A DNA stretch of 64,000 bases from assembly GCA_035279665.1 (NCBI GenBank), contig DATEHI010000152.1, forward strand, positions 69,835 to 133,834, in the 5' to 3' direction. Positions 28,123 to 37,330 of the stretch are shown in pieces. The DNA comes from Candidatus Dormiibacterota bacterium (GTDB lineage: Bacteria > Chloroflexota > Dormibacteria > CF-121). Each line of letters opens with the position of its first letter. Position 1 is the first letter of the stretch. The notes beneath the pieces are model-generated. The model did no database searches and was not told where the DNA came from. It worked only from the letters and a program-made list of their open reading frames with translations. Position numbers and translations under genes: made by a program.

Positions 28123-28783
28123 CGACGCAACGATCAGCGTGCTGCTCGTCGAGGACCACGTCCTGGTTGCGGAGGGGCTCGCGGCCATGCTCAACGGAAC
28201 CGGCGACATCCGGGTGGTGGGCACTGCCACGACCGCGGCGGACGCCGTCCGGTTGGCAGCCGGGGAGCAGCCCGCCGTCGTCGTCATGGACTCCCACCTG
28301 CCGGACGGCGCTGGCGCGGACATCGCGGATCGCATTCGTGAACAGCAACCGCAGGTGGCGATCGTCTTCCTCAGCGCCGACGAGAGCGAGGCGGCCATGA
28401 TTGCCGCCGTTCGGGCGGGGGCCTGCGCCTACCTGCCCAAGTCCCGTGCCACCGCCGACGTCGTCGAGGCCGTTCGCCGCGCCGCGCAAGGGGAAATGCT
28501 GATCCCCGCGGGACAACTGGCGAGACTGCTGGCCCGATCGCACGAGATGGCCCGTGACGAGCAGGAACGTCGCCGCCTGCGCGACGCCCTCACCCTCCGC
28601 GAGAAGGAGGTCCTCGCCTTGATGGCGGAGGGCCTCGACAACCGCGCGATTGCGGCGGATCTCGGGATCGCCTTCACCACGGTTCGCGGTCACGTCCAGA
28701 ACATCCTGGAAAAGCTGGACGCTCACTCCAAGCTGGAAGCGCTTGCCTGCGCCGCCCGCTACGCCCTGCTCGACGCCGCCTAG
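28100..28783 (+). CDS. NarL/FixJ (LuxR-type HTH) response regulator
   Basis: ISVLLVEDHVLVAEGL receiver and LTLREKEVLALMAEGLDNRAIAADLGIAFTTVRGHVQNILEKL HTH. ATG 28100 overlaps the kinase 3' end. Confidence 0.85.
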   Translation: MVCRVQPDDATISVLLVEDHVLVAEGLAAMLNGTGDIRVVGTATTAADAVRLAAGEQPAVVVMDSHLPDGAGADIADRIREQQPQVAIVFLSADESEAAMIAAVRAGACAYLPKSRATADVVEAVRRAAQGEMLIPAGQLARLLARSHEMARDEQERRRLRDALTLREKEVLALMAEGLDNRAIAADLGIAFTTVRGHVQNILEKLDAHSKLEALACAARYALLDAA

Positions 28784-28815
28784 CGGCCCCGAGAACTGCC
28801 CGACGCAAGGGAGGC

Positions 28816-28831
28816 ACCTGCAGCTGCAGGT
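28816..28831. repeat. perfect 16-bp palindrome ACCTGCAGCTGCAGGT
   Basis: Read directly, 33 nt after the response-regulator stop. No T-tract follows. Confidence 0.5.
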
Positions 28832-29048
28832 ACGGAGGGCGCCACCGCTGCATCGCGACATCGCGCCTGGGCCTCCGTACGCTGTGGCCATGATGACTTC
28901 GGGCACGCTCCCGCCCCCGCAAAGCCGTACGACCCCGGCCGGCCGGCCGCTGGTCGTCGCCAGCGATCCTCGCCGTGGCGCCCGACCGAACCAGTCCCAT
29001 GCGCGTGCCGTCCGCCGCTGACAAATTCCCGGTTCTGGAGGAAATCAA

Positions 29049-30185
29049 GTGTCGCCCAGGTTCTCAACGCTTGCCGCATCCGTGCTGCTCTCTCCAGTAC
29101 AGGCCCGTCGCCGCTCGGGCTCGCCACCGACGCTCCGTCTCTTGACGTCGACCAACCAGGCCGACGGGCCGCCGTCGCCACGTCTGCACCCGACCCGGCG
29201 ACCGGTGCCGCCCATCGCCCTTCTGCCCGTCGCCTACCGCGGCAGCTATCTACGCCGGCTGCTCGCACCGCGCCGCCCGGTTGAACACGCGCTGCTCTCG
29301 GTGATCCAGCAGATGTACCTGACGGGCGCCAGCACGCGCACGATCGATGCCCTGGCGGAGAATGTGGGCGTCCCCGGGACCGACCCGGCCGTGGTCGAGT
29401 CCCAGGCGGGCGACTGGGACGTTCGCGTCGAGACCTTTCGTCATCGAAAGCTCCGGGAGGCCTATCCGTACCTGACGCTGGTCGAAACCCCGGCGCTGGT
29501 GCGTGAAGCCGGTCAAGTGCAGACCTGCCAGATCGTCGTCGCCATCGGCATCGACGAATCCGGGAATCGCGACGTGATCGGCTTTGCGATCCGGCCGTCC
29601 GAGTCACTCACGACGTTTTGGGAGATCTTCCTGCGCGATCTGGAAGACCGTGGGCTCACCGGCCTGCGCTTGGTGACCTCCGACCGGCTGCCTGGCCTGC
29701 TGCCCTCGCTCTCCGCCGTGTTCCCGGGCGTGCCATGGCAGCGCTGCCGTGAGAGCGTCATCGCCGAAGCGGTCCACACCGTGCCGAGGGACGACCGGCC
29801 CGCCCTTGAGGCCAGCCTCCGCGCGGCATTCGCCCAGCCGGATGCCTCGAGTGCGATCGCGGCCCTCGCGCGCGTTCGCAGTCGCTTCGGGGCCGAGCAC
29901 CCTGAGCTGGTCGCGGCACTGGCGGCAACGGTCGCCGAGGACGTTGCCGCCTATCAGGTCCCGCGGGCGCATCGCCGCCTCGTCACCTCGGTGAGCGGGC
30001 TCGCCTCGTTGCAGAGTGAGCTGCGGCAATCCTGTCAGTTGGTCGGGATCTTCCCCCACCCGCAAGCGCTCCTGCGGCTCTCCGGCACCATCCTGCAGGA
30101 GATCTCTGAGGAGTGGGCGGCTCGCCCTCTGCGGCTGAGACGGCGGGCTACGGCAGGGGCGGCGGCGTGGGCACCGGCGGCGTAG
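29049..30185 (+). pseudogene. IS256-family (Transposase_mut) transposase relic with degenerate catalytic residues
   Basis: RGSYLRRLLAPRRPVEHALLSVIQQMYLTGASTRTID...YPYLTLVETPAL...VAIGIDESGNRDVIGF...SESLTTFWEIFLRDLEDRGL...VTSDRLPGL...PWQRCRES...QLVGIFP follows the IS256 Tnp backbone, but the first D and the E of the DDE triad are substituted and the N-terminal ~90 aa is unrelated. Confidence 0.65.
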
Positions 30186-30579
30186 GCGTCGGTAACGTCG
30201 GCGTCACCGGGACCGTCGGCGTCACCGGGAGCGTCGGCGTCGGGACCGGCAGCGTCGGGAAGATGCCTGTCTCGGTGGGCGTCAGGCTGGGGCCCGAGGT
30301 GCCGGGGGTGGGCCCACCGGACGGCGTCGCCCCGGGCTGGGGCCGCGGGTGGCCGGCGCTGGCCTGGTCCTGCGATGCATCGTTTATGATCGCCGGTGAA
30401 AGCGGGGCGAGCGTCTGAAGACTCTCCGCACGGTAGTCGCCAAGCAGTGGCCCATGGACGCTGCTCGTAAGGCGGCGAACATCCGGTGACCAGCCCCCCA
30501 CGCTGGCGGCAACCCAAAGGAGCAGCAGGACGGCCGTTGCGACCACCATCCACTGCCCCCAGCGAAGGGTTCGTTTCAT
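30148..30579 (-). CDS. membrane-anchored Pro/Thr-rich repeat protein
   Basis: N-terminal TM (WMVVATAVLLLLWVAASV). C-terminus PTLPVPTPTLPVTPTVPVTPTLPTPTPPVPTPPPLP. ATGA-coupled to the HD-GYP gene. Confidence 0.6.
   Translation of the reverse strand: MKRTLRWGQWMVVATAVLLLLWVAASVGGWSPDVRRLTSSVHGPLLGDYRAESLQTLAPLSPAIINDASQDQASAGHPRPQPGATPSGGPTPGTSGPSLTPTETGIFPTLPVPTPTLPVTPTVPVTPTLPTPTPPVPTPPPLP
30181..30258. repeat. 18-bp tandem repeat (about 4 copies) encoding a Pro/Thr/Val repeat
   Basis: CGTCGGCGTCACCGGGAC (30196-30213) and CGTCGGCGTCACCGGGAG (30214-30231), plus degenerate flanking copies. Confidence 0.8.
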
Positions 30580-32300
30580 GCGACGGAATCGAGCCGAATA
30601 TCGGACGCGTGCGGCGTCGGCTTCTTGCCCATCTCTTCCAGGCGGGCGAAGATGGCGCCCTTCCTTGCCTTGAACGCCTCAACGACCGCGGGATCGAACT
30701 GGCGACCGGCCTCGCTGACCATGGTCCGCGCCGCGAACTCGAAGGAAAATCCCTTGCGATAGGGCCGGTCCGACGTCATCGCGTCGAAGGCATCGGCGAG
30801 CGTGACAATGCGCGCCAGCTGTGAAATGGAGGCGCCCTTGAGCCCATCCGGATAGCCTTCACCGTCCCATCGCTCGTGGTGATGCCGGATGGGGTCGAGG
30901 CTCGGTTGGAGAAAGGGGACGTCCTTCAACATCTCGTAACCGATCACCGGATGGCGCCGGATGGAGGCCCATTCTTCGTCGTTGAGCGGGCCCGTCTTGG
31001 CCAGGACCTTGTCGGACACGCCGATCTTGCCGACGTCGTGCAGCAGCCCGGCGCGCCGAAGCACGACCAGGTCCGCCTCCGCCAGGTTCATGCCTTTCGC
31101 CAGCTCCAGGCTGATGGCGGCGACGCGCGCCGAGTGCTCGAAGGTGTAGGGATCGCGGGCGTCGATGGCGCGGGCGAGCGCTTCGAGGTTGCGAAAGTAC
31201 GCCTCGTCGCGCGCCCGGATCTGCTCCTGCAAGGCCGCCGTCATCTCATTGAAGGTCGTGGCCAGGTAGCCGATCTCATCAGGCGACGCCACCTGGACCC
31301 GGCGGCTGTAGTCACCGGCCGAGACCACCCGCATCGAGGCGACTAGCTGGTCGATCGGTCGGGTGATCCGGTCGGCGAGCATGAGACCGATCAGAATCGT
31401 CCCCAGCGCTATCGCCCCGAACAATGCCACCAGCACCAGCCGGATGGCGTTGAGCGAGCCCGAGAGGTCGTCCGAAGGCACGGCTACCGCGAGATAACCC
31501 ACCTGGGAACCGCGCATCGTCCAGTCGTTGACCAACAGCCGGTACGGCCGGCCACCCCACTGGGTCGCCACTCGCACCGGAGTGTCGGGCGTCACCTCGT
31601 GCCTGACGTCGCCGGACAACGACGGGCTGCCGGCGACGGAGCTGGCCAATACCATACCCGACGACCCATAAAACCCGATCGGGAGGGAGCTCGAACCGGC
31701 GATCGTCTGCGCGATCTCGGTCAAGGGCTGGCCGAGCAGCACCGCGCCCCCAACGGTCGGCGTCGCGGTTTCGGTCCAGATGGGTGCCACCCAGTAGAGC
31801 ATCGGCGGGGTCTCACTCGCCACGAAGACATATTTGTCACCGAGGGCGTCTCGGTCTCCCCGCAGGGCATGCTGGACGGCGGCCTGCGAGGTGTAGGCCG
31901 CGCCATCGGACCGGGTCTCCACGGCCGCGCCGTTTCGGCCGAGTTCCACCAGTTGGCGCCCGCTCTTGTCGAGGACGCGGAGCACGAGGTGTTCGGGCTG
32001 CGCATTACCGACGATGGGGCCAAGCAAGCGCCCGACCGCCGCACCATCGCCGCGCGCCACCCCCGCATCGATGCCGGCCGTGTTGGTCGCCGCTCGAAGT
32101 TGCTGCAACCTGTCGTTTTCCACACCGGCGAGCCGGTCATTACTGCGCAGAGAGTTGCGGACCAGGCTGTTGTCGACTGCCCCCTCGGCCGAGCCGCCCA
32201 CCTGCGCGCTGACAACGGCGATGCCCACGGCACCCACGAAAACCACGAGCACGACGAAGGGAAGAACGATCCGACGCCGAAGGGAGGGGTGCCTGACCAT
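30576..32300 (-). CDS. membrane sensor with extracytoplasmic domain, HAMP and HD-GYP (predicted c-di-GMP phosphodiesterase)
   Basis: HAMP (ITRPIDQLVASMRVVSAGDYSRR...FNEMTAAL). HD-GYP (HSARVAAISLEL...LLHDVGKIGV...HHERWDGEGYPDGL). ORF opens at 32366; Met at 32300 precedes the TM helix. Confidence 0.85.
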   Translation of the reverse strand: MVRHPSLRRRIVLPFVVLVVFVGAVGIAVVSAQVGGSAEGAVDNSLVRNSLRSNDRLAGVENDRLQQLRAATNTAGIDAGVARGDGAAVGRLLGPIVGNAQPEHLVLRVLDKSGRQLVELGRNGAAVETRSDGAAYTSQAAVQHALRGDRDALGDKYVFVASETPPMLYWVAPIWTETATPTVGGAVLLGQPLTEIAQTIAGSSSLPIGFYGSSGMVLASSVAGSPSLSGDVRHEVTPDTPVRVATQWGGRPYRLLVNDWTMRGSQVGYLAVAVPSDDLSGSLNAIRLVLVALFGAIALGTILIGLMLADRITRPIDQLVASMRVVSAGDYSRRVQVASPDEIGYLATTFNEMTAALQEQIRARDEAYFRNLEALARAIDARDPYTFEHSARVAAISLELAKGMNLAEADLVVLRRAGLLHDVGKIGVSDKVLAKTGPLNDEEWASIRRHPVIGYEMLKDVPFLQPSLDPIRHHHERWDGEGYPDGLKGASISQLARIVTLADAFDAMTSDRPYRKGFSFEFAARTMVSEAGRQFDPAVVEAFKARKGAIFARLEEMGKKPTPHASDIRLDSVA

Positions 32301-32497
32301 GGGTTTGCTGGGTTTTGCCTTGCCGTTTGCGTTACGGCCTGATAGGAGAACGACCCCCTTTTGCAACCCTTGCTAGGTAGTCTTGCCGATACCTGGGCCG
32401 TCAGTCCAATTGCAGGGGTCGCCGGCAGTGCGCCCGGGGGGCGAAAGGCGCCTCCCAGGCGGCTAGTGTCGAGCCATTCCCTTTTGGAGGTGTCGTA

Positions 32498-33094
32498 ATG
32501 CGCAAGCTGATGGCATCCATCGCCGCCCTGGGGGCGGTCCCGATCGTGGCGATTGCGGCGGTTCAGACGGCGGCGCCGGCACTCGCGGACACGCCGGGCG
32601 TCTCGCCGACGTGCTTCCCGCAAACGATGAACCCGCATCCGACCGACCCCGCCGGGCAGACGACGAACACACTGTTCTGCACGTCGACCAACCCGAACGC
32701 AACGGGTTCGGGCGGCAGCGGATCCGCTGGGTCCGGCTCAGCCGGCAGGGCCGGCAAGGGCACGGGCTCCGGCGCGACGGCGGCCGGAAAAACGGCCGAC
32801 GGGGGCCAGACCTCGCTGGCAAGTTCGTCCGGATCGGTGCCGGACGAAAGCTCGCGGTCGACCGCTCAGTTTGCCTGGGCCTCCGATACTGGAAAGCCGG
32901 CGGCCTCGAACAGCACTGGGCTCTTTGGCGGCCTGATCAGCTTCTTCGCGTCGGCCGGCGGCCTCGTCTTCTTGTTCGGCCTGCTGATGCTGATGCTGAT
33001 CGTCCTCGTCGCACTCGCCGTCATCGCGGCGCTTCGTCGCGGCGCCGGCAAGAACCTCGCGTCGCGCTTCTCGCGCGTCACGTACCGGGCCTAG
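32498..33094 (+). CDS. hypothetical secreted Gly/Ser-rich protein with C-terminal TM anchor
   Basis: GGAGG RBS, signal peptide ...APALA, low-complexity GSGGSGSAGSGSAG, C-terminal hydrophobic helix. Confidence 0.6.
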   Translation: MRKLMASIAALGAVPIVAIAAVQTAAPALADTPGVSPTCFPQTMNPHPTDPAGQTTNTLFCTSTNPNATGSGGSGSAGSGSAGRAGKGTGSGATAAGKTADGGQTSLASSSGSVPDESSRSTAQFAWASDTGKPAASNSTGLFGGLISFFASAGGLVFLFGLLMLMLIVLVALAVIAALRRGAGKNLASRFSRVTYRA

Positions 33095-33110
33095 ACGCGC
33101 TTCGTATCGT

Positions 33111-33138
33111 CAGAGGGGAGGCCGCTGCCTCCCTTCTG
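33111..33138. terminator. candidate bidirectional intrinsic terminator hairpin
   Basis: CAGAGGGGAGGC-CGCT-GCCTCCCTTCTG: 12-bp stem with one G.U pair. Lies between convergent genes and is followed by ATGTTGT. Confidence 0.55.
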
Positions 33139-33157
33139 ATGTTGTCGGTTCAGGGGG

Positions 33158-33340
33158 TCAAGGCTGCTCATGCTGGTTGCTGAAGGCGTCGTGGATGACG
33201 CTGCCCGCGAGGGCGATGCCGATACCCGCGCCGACTCCGGCCACCAGGAAGGCGAGCCAGTCACCCGCGAGATGCACGTGCAGGTACAACCCGCCCAGCA
33301 ACAGGACCAGCGCGAGCAGCAGCCAGGTCAGCCGATCCAT
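33158..33340 (-). CDS. small two-TM membrane protein (hypothetical)
   Basis: 60 aa with two hydrophobic helices. Last ORF of the efflux operon. No clear RBS. Confidence 0.4.
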   Translation of the reverse strand: MDRLTWLLLALVLLLGGLYLHVHLAGDWLAFLVAGVGAGIGIALAGSVIHDAFSNQHEQP

Positions 33341-33358
33341 TCCATTCGTTAGCCCGCG

Positions 33359-33856
33359 TCAGCCACCGGTGGCCGCGCCGCCGCCGAACCCGCCAAGCCC
33401 CGACCCGGCCGGGACGATGTTGATGCTGTTGGCCTTGATGCTGCCGTCCGCCTGGCGCGTACCGGTCACGGTGATCGTCTCGGCCTCCTGCAGGTCTGAG
33501 GCTTGACCAACCACGGTCTTGCGGACGATCACACTGGGATCGAAGGTGACCTTGACGTCCGTGTTGCAACGGGTGTCATGGATCGTGAAGCTGTTGGCCG
33601 TGAGATTGGCGACGGTACCGGTTGCACCCCGCCGGGCCGCCGCACCGGAGGCGCTCGGGGCCGGCGTCGCGCCCGGACTCGGGCAGGCGGCCGCGAACCC
33701 GCGGCCTCCGCCCAGGCCGGTGCCCCCGGTCCGCGTGCCAGTCGTGGCCGCCGCGGCGTTGGCCGTGGCGCCGCCACCGCCGACTTTGTAGCCGCCATAG
33801 AAACCGCCGAGTAAGCCGACGATGACGACGAGGGCGGCGATCGGTAGCTTGATCAC
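33359..33856 (-). CDS. membrane-anchored DUF5666-like protein with Gly-rich linker and tail
   Basis: N-terminal TM. GTVANLTANSFTIHD...VKVTFDPSVIVRKTV...ASDLQEAETITVTGTRQADGSIKANSINIV beta-barrel-like pattern. Ends GSGLGGFGGGAATGG. Confidence 0.55.
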   Translation of the reverse strand: MIKLPIAALVVIVGLLGGFYGGYKVGGGGATANAAAATTGTRTGGTGLGGGRGFAAACPSPGATPAPSASGAAARRGATGTVANLTANSFTIHDTRCNTDVKVTFDPSVIVRKTVVGQASDLQEAETITVTGTRQADGSIKANSINIVPAGSGLGGFGGGAATGG

Positions 33857-33875
33857 TGCATGACCTCCTGGGGAT

Positions 33876-35114
33876 TCACTCGTAGCGCAAGGCTTCGATC
33901 GGACGCAGCCTTGCCGCTCGGTTTGCGGGATAGAGACCGAAGAAGAGACCGATACCGACGGAAATGCCGAACGCCATGAAGACCGACGGTGTGGAGATGA
34001 CGGGTGTGGGCAGCGTCGAGACCAGCAGCGGCAGGATCCGTGCGAGGCCGAAGCCGATCAAGATCCCGAGCGCGCCGCCCAGGCCGGAGAGGAACATCGA
34101 CTCGATCAGGAACTGCAAGAGGATGTCCTGACGCCGTGCGCCGATCGCCTTTCGGATCCCGATCTCGCGCGTCCGCTCTGTGACGGTGACGAGCATGATG
34201 TTCATGATTCCAATACCGCCGACAACGAGGGAGATGCCGGCGATGGCGCCGAGCATCAGGGTGAGCACACCCGTCGTCTGCGAGGCGCTGTTGAGCACGT
34301 CCTGCTGGCTCAGAATCTGGAAGTCGGCGAGGGTCGGGTCCGAAATGTGATGCCGGTCCAGCAAGACCTGCGTGACCTCGGTGTTGGCCGCCGTCGTCGC
34401 CTGCGCGCTGGTGGCCTCGACGTAGATCTGCTGGACATTTTTACCGCGTCCGCCCAGCAGGTAGCTCCATGCCGAGGTAATCGGCACGACGACCACGTCG
34501 TCCTGGTTGTTGAAGCCGCCCGACGACCCCTTGGGAGCGAAGACGCCGATGACACGGAAGTTCTGCCGGTTGATCTTCATCACCTGGCCGATCGGATCGG
34601 CGCCCCCGAAAAGGTTCGTGGCAACCGTTGGTCCGATGACCGCCACCTTGCTGGCGGCGTCGACCTCACCCGAGCTGAAGAACGTGCCGCGCGCCACCTC
34701 GTAATTCCTCACTGAGGGGAAATCCTGCGTCGTGCCCGTCAGGCTGCTGTTCCAGTTCTGATTACCGTAGGTCAGCTGTGCCCGGCCGCCCGCGCTCGGA
34801 ATGGCCGTCACCACGTCCGGCGATGTTTGCCGGTTCGCGATGGCCTTGGCATCGTCCAGTGTCAGGCTCGACCCGGTGCCGAAGCCCTGCTGGACGCCGC
34901 CCGCACCTCTCGCGTTCGACGGAAATACGGTCAGCAAGTTGGAGCCGAGCGATTGGATTTGCTGTTGGACGGCCACGGTGGCGCCGTTGCCGACGCCGAC
35001 CAGCAGGATGACGGCCGACACGCCGATCAGGATGCCGAGCATCGTGAGTGCGGACCGCAGGCGGTTCGACAACAACCCATTCACCGCCAGCCGTAGGCCC
35101 TCGAGGATGCTCAT
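33876..35114 (-). CDS. ABC transporter permease, MacB/FtsX type
   Basis: N-terminal TM, large extracytoplasmic domain, C-terminal FtsX 3-TM ([17 protein letters not shown]). Confidence 0.9.
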   Translation of the reverse strand: MSILEGLRLAVNGLLSNRLRSALTMLGILIGVSAVILLVGVGNGATVAVQQQIQSLGSNLLTVFPSNARGAGGVQQGFGTGSSLTLDDAKAIANRQTSPDVVTAIPSAGGRAQLTYGNQNWNSSLTGTTQDFPSVRNYEVARGTFFSSGEVDAASKVAVIGPTVATNLFGGADPIGQVMKINRQNFRVIGVFAPKGSSGGFNNQDDVVVVPITSAWSYLLGGRGKNVQQIYVEATSAQATTAANTEVTQVLLDRHHISDPTLADFQILSQQDVLNSASQTTGVLTLMLGAIAGISLVVGGIGIMNIMLVTVTERTREIGIRKAIGARRQDILLQFLIESMFLSGLGGALGILIGFGLARILPLLVSTLPTPVISTPSVFMAFGISVGIGLFFGLYPANRAARLRPIEALRYE

Positions 35115-35806
35115 CGCGCCATCTCCGTGACAACGGCCGGGCGTTCATCGCTGACGATCACACCGTCGCGCAACCGGACGACGCGCTGCGCAAACGCGGC
35201 GATGTCCGGTTCGTGCGTGATCAGCGCGATGGTGCGGCCCTGCTGGTTCAGGTCGCGCAACAACTTCATGATTTCGAGGCTCGATTCGCTGTCGAGGTTC
35301 CCGGTCGGCTCGTCGGCAAGCAGGATCGCCGGGTCCGTCACCAGGGCGCGCGCGATAGCGACCCGCTGCTGCTGCCCACCCGAGAGCTCGCTTGGCAAGT
35401 GGCCGGCGCGTTCCAGCAGCCCAACCGATTCCAGCGCCGCCAGGGCCCGTTCGCGGCGCTGCTGGTTGTCGCCGGCGTAGATGAGCGGCATTTCGACGTT
35501 GTGCACGGCACTCGCCCGCGGAATCAGGTTGTAGGACTGGAAGACGAAGCCGATCTTCCGATTACGAATCCAGGCCAGCTGATCGTCGGTCAAGGCCGAG
35601 ACGTCGTAGCCGTCGAGGATGTAGCGGCCGGAGGATGGCTGGTCGAGGCAGCCGATCACGTTCATCAAGGTGCTCTTGCCCGAACCCGAGGGGCCCATGA
35701 TGGCGATGAACTCGCCCTCGGGGATATGTAGCGAGACGCCCTTGAGGGCGGCGACCTCCACTTCGCCGGTGAGGTAGAGCTTTGTGATCCCCTCGAGGGT
35801 GATCAC
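35111..35806 (-). CDS. ABC transporter ATP-binding protein, MacB/LolD type
   Basis: GTG start. [31 protein letters not shown] overlap with the adaptor gene stop. Confidence 0.9.
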   Translation of the reverse strand: MITLEGITKLYLTGEVEVAALKGVSLHIPEGEFIAIMGPSGSGKSTLMNVIGCLDQPSSGRYILDGYDVSALTDDQLAWIRNRKIGFVFQSYNLIPRASAVHNVEMPLIYAGDNQQRRERALAALESVGLLERAGHLPSELSGGQQQRVAIARALVTDPAILLADEPTGNLDSESSLEIMKLLRDLNQQGRTIALITHEPDIAAFAQRVVRLRDGVIVSDERPAVVTEMAR

Positions 35807-37287
35807 CCTCCGCCGCCCCGGACGCCTCCACCGCCAAGGCCCCCGCCTCCTCGGAACAGGTTTCCGCCATTGCTGGTGGTCCCGGTCGTCGTGCGGATGG
35901 CTGGCAGCACCACGGTATCCCCCTCGTTGAGGCCGGCCTTGATCTCGGTGTAGGTGTCGCCGACGACGCCAGTGATGACCTCGGTCGGTACCTGCTGGCC
36001 TTTTAGGAGAACGGTGACCATCGTCGTTCCGCCGGTGGTGCGCACGGCCGCATTGGGCACGCGCAGGGCATTATCCGCCTGGGCGACGGTGACCGACGCA
36101 TTCGCCGTCATGCCCTCTCTCAGCCGCGGATCGGTGCGGTTGAGGACAAAGCTGACGTAGTAGTCGACGACGTTGGAGACCACCGTCGCGCTCGGACTGA
36201 TGGTCAACACATGGCCCGAGATGGTCAGGCCCGGGATAGCGTCGAACGTGAAGGCGACGCTTTGATTGGCGGCCAGCCGGGCGGCATCGGTCTCAGCGAA
36301 GGGCATCACGGCGACGAAACTGCTGTTGTCGTCGATCACCATGAAGCCGGACGACCCACCCGAACCAGCCGAGGACGGGTTCGGCGCGAGAGATCCGGGT
36401 GACTGCGCGGTCCCGCCTCCCGCGGTTTCTCCCGGCACGCCGTTGATACTGATCACCACGCCTGAGGTCGGGGCCGTGAGGGTGGTCTGGTTCACGGCCA
36501 GCTGGGCAGCCTGTACCTGGGCCTGGGCGGAGGCGACCTGCGCCGAGCTGGACGCCAGCGCGTTGGGCTTGACCTGGGTCTGAACCGCCAGGTTGTCACG
36601 CGCGGAGGTGATCTGCTGCGCCGCCGAGTTGATGCGCGACTGGCCGCTGATGGCGTCCATGTTTTGCTTGGTCTTGTCGCTGGCCAGCTGGGCTTGCAGC
36701 TGGCTGCATTGCGCGCCGTTTGGGCATTCCGCGTTCACCTTGGCCTGGTCGCTGGCGACCGTCGCGGCGTCGGCCTGATTGGTGGCACTCACTGATGCCA
36801 CGGTGTCGTTGTAGTTCTGCTGCGCATTGCTGACTTGATGCTGGAGCTGTGCGACCTGCGCACCGGTCAGCGGCGACTGCGTAGTCTGCAGATTGGCCTG
36901 GGCGGACGCGAGGGACGCCTGCGCGGACGCGAGCGAGGCCTGCTGCGTCGTCGAGTCGATCCGCGCCAGCACCTGGCCCGTCGTCACCTTGTCGCCGACC
37001 TTGACGTCGACTTCCGTCAGGATCCCGGTTTGTTTGAAGCTGACGTTCATCCGGCCGGCCGGCAGCAGCGAGCCGGTACCGCTGACGACATTGGTGACCG
37101 TCCCGCGGTCGGCGGTCGCGGTGCGAAGCGGCACGGCAGCCGGCTGAGCGAAGACGGTGTCGCGGGCGATCAGGCCAACCAGGAGAACCGCGACCAGGCC
37201 GAGGCCGGCCAGCCAGGCGCGCGTTCCCGACAGCCAAAAGCCCCGCCGAATCTGCGGCAGCGGTTTGAGCGTCGGCGCCTGCCGCAT
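35803..37287 (-). CDS. efflux adaptor (HlyD/MacA-like membrane fusion protein) with long Gln/Ala coiled coil and Gly-rich tail
   Basis: N-terminal TM, lipoyl-like [17 protein letters not shown], coiled coil ([19 protein letters not shown]...), beta-barrel. Ends [16 protein letters not shown]. Confidence 0.8.
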   Translation of the reverse strand: MRQAPTLKPLPQIRRGFWLSGTRAWLAGLGLVAVLLVGLIARDTVFAQPAAVPLRTATADRGTVTNVVSGTGSLLPAGRMNVSFKQTGILTEVDVKVGDKVTTGQVLARIDSTTQQASLASAQASLASAQANLQTTQSPLTGAQVAQLQHQVSNAQQNYNDTVASVSATNQADAATVASDQAKVNAECPNGAQCSQLQAQLASDKTKQNMDAISGQSRINSAAQQITSARDNLAVQTQVKPNALASSSAQVASAQAQVQAAQLAVNQTTLTAPTSGVVISINGVPGETAGGGTAQSPGSLAPNPSSAGSGGSSGFMVIDDNSSFVAVMPFAETDAARLAANQSVAFTFDAIPGLTISGHVLTISPSATVVSNVVDYYVSFVLNRTDPRLREGMTANASVTVAQADNALRVPNAAVRTTGGTTMVTVLLKGQQVPTEVITGVVGDTYTEIKAGLNEGDTVVLPAIRTTTGTTSNGGNLFRGGGGLGGGGVRGGGG

Positions 37288-37330
37288 CAGACTGGCCCTA
37301 CCGACGTTGTCTGGATCATTTGGATGCCCC

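Noticed and set aside
28780-29607. 275-aa minus-strand ORF, along with 28674..29048 and 30035..30682.
   Set aside because: It is Arg/Pro/Gly-rich with no domain, and lies antisense to or overlapping the transposase relic and intergenic DNA. It is most likely non-coding.
29049-30185. Calling this an active insertion sequence.
   Set aside because: Catalytic residues are substituted, the N-terminal domain is missing, no inverted repeats or target duplications could be seen by eye, and there is no second copy in the window.
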